Source: Patescibacteria group bacterium (GTDB lineage Bacteria > Patescibacteriota > UBA1384 > JAHJRZ01). Taken from it: a DNA stretch of 30,771 nucleotides. The stretch is taken from positions 1 through 30,771 of the forward strand of contig JAHJRZ010000057.1 of assembly GCA_018830605.1 (NCBI GenBank). The letters are read 5' to 3'. Below the pieces are notes generated by a model. It was given only the letters and a program-made list of their open reading frames with translations. It had not been told where the DNA came from and ran no database searches. Shown piece by piece: positions 17,736-25,720 of this stretch (position 1 is its first letter; every line of letters begins with the position of its first letter). The translations under genes were made by a program, and so were the position numbers.

Positions 17736-18362
17736 CTATTCTTCTTTCCGTCTTTCAAGAAAAACGATAAAACCAACAATAATCACAAAAAGGGCAAAAA
17801 TTATTAAAAAAACAACAATAATCCAAGAAACGAACCTTGCCAGATAAAAAGAGATGCTCTTGATAATCGTCTCGCCAATATGGGTGCTGTCAAGAACAAA
17901 AACAAGCACAAACAAAGACAAAAAATAGATAATCAAATTCTTTAGATTCTTGGGTTGGGAGACGTAATGATAATCAATATAAGCTTTGGCTCTCTCGATT
18001 AGAGTCGGCGGGGAGACATCAGTATTAGAAGAAAGATCAATAATCGCCTGTTTATATTCTTTGATCGCCAGTTCCACCTCGCGCGTGGTCACCTTCTCTT
18101 CGTAGCGGGAGAAGACGCGCTCTTTAATCTCTAAGGCCTTCATTAACCCTGGAAGATTAGTGAATCTCTCTTTGGCGCTCTTGATTTTATGATAGATCGA
18201 AGGCCCGGGATAGCCCATATCCGAGAGCATAAAATTCAAGAGCTTGTCTGATTCAAGAAGAGCCATTAAAAGACCAGAGATGCCCCCCTCTTCCTGATAG
18301 GTCTTGATCACTGACCAATCAATAATTTTATTCCCGCTCTCAAAAAATTCTTGATTTTGCAT
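17736..18362 (-). CDS. Hypothetical membrane protein (two C-terminal TM helices)
   Basis: 208-aa ORF directly after dnaB; hairpin CTTTGGCTT/AAGCCAAAG at 17702-17723. Confidence 0.7.
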   Translation of the reverse strand: MQNQEFFESGNKIIDWSVIKTYQEEGGISGLLMALLESDKLLNFMLSDMGYPGPSIYHKIKSAKERFTNLPGLMKALEIKERVFSRYEEKVTTREVELAIKEYKQAIIDLSSNTDVSPPTLIERAKAYIDYHYVSQPKNLKNLIIYFLSLFVLVFVLDSTHIGETIIKSISFYLARFVSWIIVVFLIIFALFVIIVGFIVFLERRKEE

Positions 18363-18368
18363 AATGTG

Positions 18369-19778
18369 TTATTGTATCACTTTTTCTTTTTCAAAGACAG
18401 ACTCTGAATCAATGAGCTCATCTTGGTCCCGCTTTTTCTCCAGATTACGAAAGGTCATCTCTGATTCAGCAAAGAATAATTCTACTTCTCCAATGGGACC
18501 ATTTCGGTGTTTTTTAATTAAAATATCAGCAATGTTCTTTTTTTCTGATCCACGGTCATAATAATCATCACGATAAATAAAAATCACCACATCGCTATCT
18601 TGCTCAATCGCTCCACTCTCGCGAAGATCAGAAAGCTGGGGAATCTTGTGCTCGCGGTGCTCAACTGCGCGGGAGAGCTGGGACAGAGCCAAGACCGGCA
18701 GATCAAGCTCGCGCGCCAAGGCCTTAAGCCCGCGTGAGATTTCAGATATCTCCTGCACTCTATTTGAATCATTGGAATTACTGAATCTTCCTTCCATTAA
18801 TTGCAGATAGTCAACCACCAAAAGCCCAATATTATGCTCGGCCCGCAGCCGGCGCGCCTTTGTTCTGACTTCCATAATGGAAAGGTTAGGGGAATCTTCA
18901 ATAAAGATCGGGGCCTCGGAGAGCGAGCCCATAGCTTGCCCAATCCGGCCAAAATCATCTTCTGCTAAATTGCCGGTTCTCATCTTCCAGGAGTCGATCC
19001 GCGCTTCAGAAATAATCAGCCGATCAACCAACTGGTCTTTACTCATTTCTAAAGAGAACAGCCCGACCGGAATTTTTGATTTTAAGGCGGCGTTGGCGGC
19101 GATATTTAGAGCGAGCGAACTTTTACCCATGCTTGGACGGGCAGCTAAAATAATTAAATCGGATTTCTGCATCCCAGAAAGCAGATTATCCAAATCCTTA
19201 AATCCGGTCGGCACCCCCCGCAACGTCCCCTTCTCCTTATGCAGGCGATCAATCCGCTCAAATGACTCCTCAAGCGCATCGCGAAGCGTGATGAATTTGT
19301 TGGCGGAATGGCCTTTAGAGACCGAGAATAAGCTCTTCTCTGCTCTATCTAAAATCAACTCCACCGGCTCTCTCTCTTCATAGCCGAGCTCGATCGTCTC
19401 TGAAGCAGAAGAGATCAGCCGGCGCAGAGTCGCTTTATTAGCCACAATCTGGGCATAATGGACCACATGCGCGGCCGAAGGCACGGCATTAGCCAGAGTC
19501 GCGAGGTATGACGCTCCGCCAATCATCTTAATCTTCTTGTCCCTCTCCAGCTCCTCGGTTAAAGTTAAGACATCAATAGGAATTCTTTTTTCAAAAAGCC
19601 TCCCCATCGCCTCATAGATCATCCGATGATTATCACGATAAAAATCAGCTGAAGTGATGATATCCGCCACCTTAAAGATCGCCTCTTTATCAAGAAGAAG
19701 GGCTCCGAGCACCGACTGTTCGGCCTCAATATTCTGCGGCGGCAGTCTTAGTTCTGTTTCTTTATTTTTTATTGGCAT
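18369..19778 (-). CDS. dnaB: Replicative DNA helicase
   Basis: PPQNIEAEQSVLG, AARPSMGKS, VDYLQL, LSQLSR, LRESGAIEQDSD. Confidence 0.98.
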   Translation of the reverse strand: MPIKNKETELRLPPQNIEAEQSVLGALLLDKEAIFKVADIITSADFYRDNHRMIYEAMGRLFEKRIPIDVLTLTEELERDKKIKMIGGASYLATLANAVPSAAHVVHYAQIVANKATLRRLISSASETIELGYEEREPVELILDRAEKSLFSVSKGHSANKFITLRDALEESFERIDRLHKEKGTLRGVPTGFKDLDNLLSGMQKSDLIILAARPSMGKSSLALNIAANAALKSKIPVGLFSLEMSKDQLVDRLIISEARIDSWKMRTGNLAEDDFGRIGQAMGSLSEAPIFIEDSPNLSIMEVRTKARRLRAEHNIGLLVVDYLQLMEGRFSNSNDSNRVQEISEISRGLKALARELDLPVLALSQLSRAVEHREHKIPQLSDLRESGAIEQDSDVVIFIYRDDYYDRGSEKKNIADILIKKHRNGPIGEVELFFAESEMTFRNLEKKRDQDELIDSESVFEKEKVIQ

Positions 19779-19780
19779 AT

Positions 19781-21184
19781 TTATTCAAAAACCTCAAGCG
19801 CAATATCTTTTAAACTCTTACTTTTTTCTTTTGCTTTGCCTACTTGGCAAACAAGCTTATACTTCTTGGCAAAGATCTTCTCAATCATCTCTTCAATCTT
19901 CTGCAAGTTGATTTTATCTTCAATCTTCTGGCGATGAAAATCATAATCAACCTCTATCATAATCTGATCATCCTTTTTACCCAAGACCCGAGCCGAGCGC
20001 ATAATGCCCGCCAAAGAGTGATTATAGGGTTTTATTTCTTTAAGAAAACCATGCCAGAGAGCTTCAAAATCCCCTATTTTATTTATAGATTCCGTGTCAA
20101 GCACGGAATGACATTCGACTTGAGCTAACTCGACCAGAGCGATCTCAAGCCCTAAAGAAGGCAGAGCGTCTTTCTCAATCAATGAGTCGCGGGCCAGGGT
20201 CTTAATTATCTTAATTAATTCTTTAATCTCAACATCAGCAGATAAAGAGATGACCTTCTGGCAGATCTCATAGGATAAATTATCTTTAAGCTCTTTTTCC
20301 TCTCCTGACATCTTATAGACCAAGACTACAGCTAAGAAATCCAATAAGGTGCGCCTAAAATGAATTAAATTATACCCCTTTTTTTTAATTTTTGAGAGTG
20401 CCATAAAACCCGAGTTAAGATCTTTTTTAACCAAAGCTTCAAAAATTTTCAGAGTTGCCCTCTCCGGCACTACGCCCAAGGTCTCCTGGATTAAATTAAT
20501 ACTAATCTTCTTGCCGCTTGAGGAGAGCTGGTCTAAGATTGAGATCGCATCCCTCATTCCGCCGGAAGCGGCCGCCGCGATCATGCGCAATCCATCCTCG
20601 TCAAATCTTATACGTTCGGCTTTGGCGATCTTCTTGAGCCGAATAACCATCTCAAGGATAGTTAAGGGCAAAAAATCAAAGCGCTGGCAGCGGGAGAGGA
20701 CGGTCGCCGGAATCTTGTGCGGCTCGGTCGTGGCCAAAATAAAGATGGCGTGAGAAGGCGGTTCCTCCAAAGTCTTTAAAAGAGCATTAAAGGCCTCGGG
20801 CGTCAGCATATGCACCTCATCAATAATAAAAATCTTATAAGGCGAGGATGAAGGGGCAAGCTTTATTCTCTCGCGCAGCTCCCGAATCTCATCAATGCCG
20901 CGGTTTGAGGCCGCATCAATCTCAATCAGATCAAGAGATTTTAATTTTGTATGCTCCTGACAAGAAAGACAATGGTTGCAGGGCTCGGGATTGCGCTTAG
21001 AACAATTAAAGGCCTTAGCCAGAATTCGGGCGGTCGTCGTCTTGCCCGTGCCTCTGGGCCCGGCAAAAAGATAAGCTTGAGAAAGATGATTTCTTTTTAG
21101 AGAATTTAAAAGAGTCGTCTTAATATGCTCTTGATTGACTAAATCTTTAAAACGTTGCGGCCGATATTTACGATATAGAGACAT
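19781..21184 (-). CDS. dnaX: DNA polymerase III subunit gamma/tau
   Basis: LYRKYRP, GPRGTGKTT, EIDAASNRG, IIDEVHML, SRCQRF. Confidence 0.97.
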   Translation of the reverse strand: MSLYRKYRPQRFKDLVNQEHIKTTLLNSLKRNHLSQAYLFAGPRGTGKTTTARILAKAFNCSKRNPEPCNHCLSCQEHTKLKSLDLIEIDAASNRGIDEIRELRERIKLAPSSSPYKIFIIDEVHMLTPEAFNALLKTLEEPPSHAIFILATTEPHKIPATVLSRCQRFDFLPLTILEMVIRLKKIAKAERIRFDEDGLRMIAAAASGGMRDAISILDQLSSSGKKISINLIQETLGVVPERATLKIFEALVKKDLNSGFMALSKIKKKGYNLIHFRRTLLDFLAVVLVYKMSGEEKELKDNLSYEICQKVISLSADVEIKELIKIIKTLARDSLIEKDALPSLGLEIALVELAQVECHSVLDTESINKIGDFEALWHGFLKEIKPYNHSLAGIMRSARVLGKKDDQIMIEVDYDFHRQKIEDKINLQKIEEMIEKIFAKKYKLVCQVGKAKEKSKSLKDIALEVFE

Positions 21185-21244
21185 AGTAGTCTTATCATAA
21201 CAAAGAGTGTCAAGACTTTCATCTTTCCACAGGGGTGGATAAGA

Positions 21245-22351
21245 TTAATTAGAAACTACTTCTACCCAGATTTGTCCTCTGTTAAAAACAACTTCCTTGC
21301 CCAATTCATCATAAAACCTAGTCCTTTCAGAAATACTCGGCCTCTTCCATGTGCCTTTAATCTCTCTGCCGTCTAGATAAACCTCTGCTTTACCGGTGCC
21401 GGTCGTAACGGCATGAGACTGCTGGGTGCCGTCAGTTAAAGAGAAGACGCGATCCGCGTGCATCACCACCACGGTTTTTGGCGCCAGTTGTTCCCCAGTA
21501 ATCTTATCTTTGTGCGGACTACCGGACATACTACGCAGATATAAATTCTTTTCAGAGTCATAATTATAAACTACCTGAAATTGAGCGGATGAGAAGTTGA
21601 CGGTAATGGTCTGGCTGATACCTCGTTCGGATTTTTCTGCGTCAGATTTAAATTCAAAACCGCTGTAATCGCTCTTAAGAGTACATTTGGCTGATTCTGC
21701 CGCAGCTCTAACTTTATCGGTCGTGGTGTACAGATTATGCGGAGCTAAGCGCTCTTTGGACCGCCAAAAATAAGAACCAAAAGTGAATTGATTGATATCG
21801 CAGACATACTTATCTTTCAAAAGATTTTTAAGAGCAATGGCGCTGCCCCCGCAATGAGCATAAACTGCCTTAATCTCGTCTGCCCAATCAACATAATAAG
21901 TCCGGGCAGACCTTACCGGGCCGACCTCGCTGGCGTCATTCTCAACATATAGAGCTAAAAATCTGGTAATTCCTCCCTCTGAAGGCGTCTCAAAAATAAA
22001 GCTCGCTTTATCAAGACCTGACTGGGGTCGGGCCTCGGGAGCATTCTCAATCATAATTCCCAGCGGCCGACGTTCCGCCCGATCTTTGGTCGTCATTACG
22101 CCATCCAAAGGGCAGGGGGTATCATTAAGATTTTTGCTTGGGCTGGGGCTGACTTTGGCCACCTTAGTCAAATCGCCAAAAACATCTGTTTTATAAATCC
22201 AATAAGCGAGACCTATTCCGCCTAACAATAAAATTATAAGCGTCGTAATCCAAACCCACTTGGGCAGATGCTTGTTGCTGCCTGTTACCTGTTTCCTGTT
22301 CCCTGCACTCTGTTCACTGTTACCTGTTTCTTCAATCCTAATTTCTTCCAT
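21245..22351 (-). CDS. DUF3048 domain membrane-anchored protein
   Basis: RPLGIMIEN, ARPQSGL, EGGITRF, VGPVRSARTY, APHNLY. ATG at 22351 lies 6 nt after TGCTATAAT. Confidence 0.88.
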   Translation of the reverse strand: MEEIRIEETGNSEQSAGNRKQVTGSNKHLPKWVWITTLIILLLGGIGLAYWIYKTDVFGDLTKVAKVSPSPSKNLNDTPCPLDGVMTTKDRAERRPLGIMIENAPEARPQSGLDKASFIFETPSEGGITRFLALYVENDASEVGPVRSARTYYVDWADEIKAVYAHCGGSAIALKNLLKDKYVCDINQFTFGSYFWRSKERLAPHNLYTTTDKVRAAAESAKCTLKSDYSGFEFKSDAEKSERGISQTITVNFSSAQFQVVYNYDSEKNLYLRSMSGSPHKDKITGEQLAPKTVVVMHADRVFSLTDGTQQSHAVTTGTGKAEVYLDGREIKGTWKRPSISERTRFYDELGKEVVFNRGQIWVEVVSN

Positions 22352-22370
22352 GACTATATTATAGCACAAG

Positions 22371-23183
22371 TTAAATTCTGACTTTGTTAATCAACTGTTT
22401 CTTAAGCCGATAAGAATCACAATGCTTAATCAGCCCCAAATAAGACGGCAAATTTGTTTGGTTGAGCCTTCTCATCATTCTTTTCTTGGTCTTTGTCCTC
22501 AAAACTCGATAATGCGGCAAAACGATATAGCCCAAAAAATCAATCCCTTGTCTTAATTTGCGGATAATGATTTTGCTGGGGTGAAGAGTTAATTTAAGAT
22601 TTGATGGCAAAAAATCAGATAATTGGAGAATAATTTTTTCTAATTTATTTTTGTCTGTATCTAAAATTATAAAATCATCGCCATAGCGCAGATAATATTT
22701 GATTTTGAGCTTGTGTTTAATAAATTGGTCAAGCTCATCAAGATAGATATTAGCAAAAAGCTGGCTGGTTAAGTTGCCCAGCGGCAGACCGATGTCAGCC
22801 TTCCCTCTCGAATTAAAACTCTGGATAATCTCTTTAACCAGCCATAGAATATCTTTATTTCTGACTTTTTTATTAATCAACTGAATCAAAATCTGATGGT
22901 CAACCGAAGCAAAAAACTTTTTAATATCACATTTGAGAGCAAGGCAGGGTCGGGTGTAATTTTGACTGACAATTCGGGTGAACTTTTCTAATCTATCTAC
23001 CGCCCTGTGCGTTCCTTTATTCAAACGGCAGGAATAAGAATCGTAAATAAAAGCTTTATCAAAAAAACGTTCGAATAATTGAGCATCGGGTTTGTCTCGC
23101 TTACCCTTTTTAAACTTATTAAAGCTCAAATATAAATTTTCTAAACTAGCAATTCTTTCAAAAAGATTGGAGAAAACATGCAA
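22371..23183 (-). CDS. DGR-type reverse transcriptase with in-frame internal deletion (probably inactive)
   Basis: SLENL, DSYSCRLNKGTHRA, KCDIKKFFASVDH, GLPLGNLTSQLFANIYL, YLRYGDDF, GIDFLGY; only 270 aa; TTG start. Confidence 0.85.
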   Translation of the reverse strand: MHVFSNLFERIASLENLYLSFNKFKKGKRDKPDAQLFERFFDKAFIYDSYSCRLNKGTHRAVDRLEKFTRIVSQNYTRPCLALKCDIKKFFASVDHQILIQLINKKVRNKDILWLVKEIIQSFNSRGKADIGLPLGNLTSQLFANIYLDELDQFIKHKLKIKYYLRYGDDFIILDTDKNKLEKIILQLSDFLPSNLKLTLHPSKIIIRKLRQGIDFLGYIVLPHYRVLRTKTKKRMMRRLNQTNLPSYLGLIKHCDSYRLKKQLINKVRI

Positions 23184-23546
23184 AATGAAATTCCTTTATT
23201 CCAAAAAATTTATGACTTTTACAAACTTTATTATCAATTGATTGACCACTTTCCTCAAAAATCAAGGGGGGTGCTGGGGAAAAAAATTGAAGATCTAATC
23301 CTTGAATTATTACGGCTAATCTCAAGGGCAAGATTCGCTCAAGGTCAAGAAAAATTGAGATCATTAAAAAAGACGAGTGGAAATCTTGATTTTCTTAAAA
23401 CTCTCTTTCGTCTGGCTTTTGAGATTAAGGCCATTGATCAAAAAAAGTATTTTCTTTTTGAAGAAAAACTTCAAGAGATGGGACGGATGTTAGGCTCTTG
23501 GATTAAAGAGAGAAACAATGCCCGCTCTTTAAAGCAGGCATTGTAA
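23178..23546 (+). CDS. avd: DGR accessory variability determinant (Avd-like four helix bundle)
   Basis: IPLFQKIYDFY, LDFLKTLFRLA, EMGRMLGSW; adjacent to the RT. Confidence 0.8.
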   Translation: MQNEIPLFQKIYDFYKLYYQLIDHFPQKSRGVLGKKIEDLILELLRLISRARFAQGQEKLRSLKKTSGNLDFLKTLFRLAFEIKAIDQKKYFLFEEKLQEMGRMLGSWIKERNNARSLKQAL

Positions 23547-24481
23547 AAAACTACCAGAGGGCGAACCGCCCCGCTGAGCCAGCGATCGTCGGAGCGGCCC
23601 CAATCGACACCGGCAAGCCCGCCATAATCCGAGCCGCCGCCGTAGAGACGGCGCCCGAGACCCCCAAAGTGCTCCTCATACCAGACCCACGTGTCGGTCG
23701 TCCCGTCCTTGACACGAGGCATCTTGTAGAGTTGGGGGATGACGTCGGCCTCAAGGAACAGCTCCAGTCGAATCTGATTTGGCTCGAGCTTGAGCTTTTC
23801 TGCTACCTTGGGTCGGATGTGCTCTTGCCACTCGTTGGGCGAGACGCCGCAACGGCTCGATTGGGGACCGTGTTCGTAACGGCTAATCTTGCCGTCACCA
23901 CGCAGGTCTTCGATGATGCTACCCATGAACCTCTTGTCGTCAGCGAACATCTGCTTGCCGTTCTGGTGGTATCTCGGCTTGAGCCGAGTATCGATCAAAA
24001 CGACAGCACCCTCGAGACGGGCGTCCTTGACGGTCATGAGCTTCCCTTCGGCGTTCCGACGTTTGAGCTTGCCAGCGGCTAACTGCGTCCAGTACCGGTC
24101 GTTCGGCCTGATTTTCCAGCCGGGGAAGTCACTCTTGGGCGTGAAGACCACATCGGGAAGGAAGTGCGGCTCAAGCTTGAGCTTGAGCCATTCGCACACC
24201 TGATCCTCGCCGTAGCGTTCCAATGTCTGCCGGAAGAGAGTGAGATCATAAGTCTGGCCGAAGAAGACCTGATGGGCCGCGTTTTCGGCAACGAGCCGTT
24301 CTTTGATCCAGTCAACAGTACTTTCTCCAAATGCCCCGTCAAGAATCCCATGGATCTTCTGAGCATTGCCCGCCAGCTCCGCGGCGCGCTCCTCACTCAT
24401 GAAATCCGGCCAAGGAGCACCGACAACATACTTGAGAACCTGACCTAACGTCTTGGCAGTGAGGGGTGTTCCAGATTTCAT
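23471..24481 (-). CDS. Putative DGR target protein with C-terminal CLec-like variable region
   Basis: C-terminus TWVWYEEH..RRLYGGGSDYGGLAGVDWGRSDDRWLSGAVRPLVVF. GC-rich; SD AAGGAGG; TTGACA-N16-TATAAT promoter (24577-24550). Confidence 0.75.
   Translation of the reverse strand: MKSGTPLTAKTLGQVLKYVVGAPWPDFMSEERAAELAGNAQKIHGILDGAFGESTVDWIKERLVAENAAHQVFFGQTYDLTLFRQTLERYGEDQVCEWLKLKLEPHFLPDVVFTPKSDFPGWKIRPNDRYWTQLAAGKLKRRNAEGKLMTVKDARLEGAVVLIDTRLKPRYHQNGKQMFADDKRFMGSIIEDLRGDGKISRYEHGPQSSRCGVSPNEWQEHIRPKVAEKLKLEPNQIRLELFLEADVIPQLYKMPRVKDGTTDTWVWYEEHFGGLGRRLYGGGSDYGGLAGVDWGRSDDRWLSGAVRPLVVFYNACFKERALFLSLIQEPNIRPIS
23515..23544 (-). other. Hairpin immediately 3' of the variable region
   Basis: ACAATGCC/GGCATTGT (8 bp) extended by a G.T pair plus 3 bp, 6-nt loop, 6 nt after ...CCTCTGGTAG. 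Confidence 0.6.
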
Positions 24482-24777
24482 CTGGGGTGTTCCTCCTTAG
24501 CGTTTTTTAATGAGGTTCGCCTCCTCTTATTGGGTACAAACCTATTTATATTATACACAAAAATTAATTTATGTCAAATTTTTTCGCAAATTTTTTTGGC
24601 AATTTTTTCTGATTTAAATTATAATTGAGGCTGTCAATTCTACGAAGTATAATGTTATCTATGCTTAAATCGCTAAATATTAAAAAAACAGTTCTTCGTG
24701 ACACAGATCTACCTTTGATTTTTCGAATTCATATTGTATAATAATAACTGAACAGCAATATTTTTAAGGTTAAAGTT

Positions 24778-25077
24778 ATGACAAAAAAAATACTCTCGGA
24801 ACTTAAAAAAAATACGGCGGCAATCTTTGATAAATATGGCATCAAACGTGCCGGAGTTTTTGGTTCTTTCGCCCGCGGAGAGACAGGAGAGTCAAGCGAT
24901 ATTGATTTCTATGTTATCTATGGACCGGAAACTACTCTTTTTGATATTGGCGGATTATCCTATGAATTAGAAGAAAAACTCAAAACGAGAGTAGATTTAG
25001 CAGACGGGCAATGCTTAAAAAAAGAATTAAAGCCCTATATACTTAAAGATCTAGAGATTTTTTATGAGAAAAGATGA
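24778..25077 (+). CDS. MNT antitoxin (MntA-like nucleotidyltransferase)
   Basis: AGVFGSFARGE..SDIDF, LKTRVDL. Confidence 0.9.
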   Translation: MTKKILSELKKNTAAIFDKYGIKRAGVFGSFARGETGESSDIDFYVIYGPETTLFDIGGLSYELEEKLKTRVDLADGQCLKKELKPYILKDLEIFYEKR

Positions 25078-25393
25078 TCGCCTGCATTTGCAGGATATTT
25101 TAGATTGCATCCAACAAATTAAAATCTATATCGAAAATCTATATTGGGAAGATTTTAAAACTGACAACAAGACGAAAGACGCGGCGTTAAGAAATCTATA
25201 GATTCTTGGTGAAGCTGCCACTAGATTGAGCAATGAATTTAGAGATGAATATGCTGAACTCGAGTTATACAAGGCGATCGGAATGAGAAATCAGTTGATC
25301 CATGGTTATGACAAAATCAAACTCCAAATAATCTGGAAGACAATTAAAAAAGATCTTCCCAAATTAGAAAAGCAGATCGAAAAAATACTCTAA
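25064..25393 (+). pseudogene. DUF86/HepT-like HEPN RNase toxin with in-frame TAG
   Basis: MRKDDRLHLQDILDC...DAALRNL*ILGEAA...GMRNQLIHGYD. TAG at 25199-25201 (codon 46). Confidence 0.88.
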
Positions 25394-25484
25394 TTTTTTT
25401 AAGACAAGACTTACACAAGATCGCCACGGTCGACTGCGTCGGCCTCGCAATGACAGCTTGCGTGAGCCCTAATATAATATTTCT

Positions 25485-25648
25485 ATGCTCAAATCGCTTA
25501 ATCCTAAACAAAAAAAGCTGTTCTGCACAACCAAGGCCCTCTCTTAATCTTAGCCGGCGCCGGTTCAGGCAAGACCAGAGCTCTAACCCATCGGCTGGCC
25601 TATTTAGTCAAAGAACGCGGTATTAATCCCTTAAATATTCTCTGTATC
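25485..25648 (+). pseudogene. PcrA/UvrD helicase 5' fragment
   Basis: [10 protein letters not shown], frameshift in A7 run, then [31 protein letters not shown]...NILCI; ends at the direct repeat. Confidence 0.85.
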
Positions 25649-25720
25649 CTCAATCCTAATCTCTTCCATGACTATATTATATCACTAATTTTTTGGATTT
25701 TGGATTTTGGATTTCGCCAA

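Larger units (their letters stand above)
22324..25685. mobile_element. Accessory island bounded by a 44-bp imperfect direct repeat
   Basis: 22324-22367 vs 25642-25685, 40/44 identical. Cargo: RT, Avd, DGR target, MNT-HEPN, pcrA fragments. Confidence 0.65.

Noticed and set aside
24552-24579. dif-like site (TTATGTCAAAT resembles the XerD arm)
   Set aside because: No XerC arm; the sequence is explained as the -35 box of the target gene promoter.
25199-25201. Amber recoding as a genome-wide code change
   Set aside because: udk ends normally at TAG and other genes translate fully with code 11.
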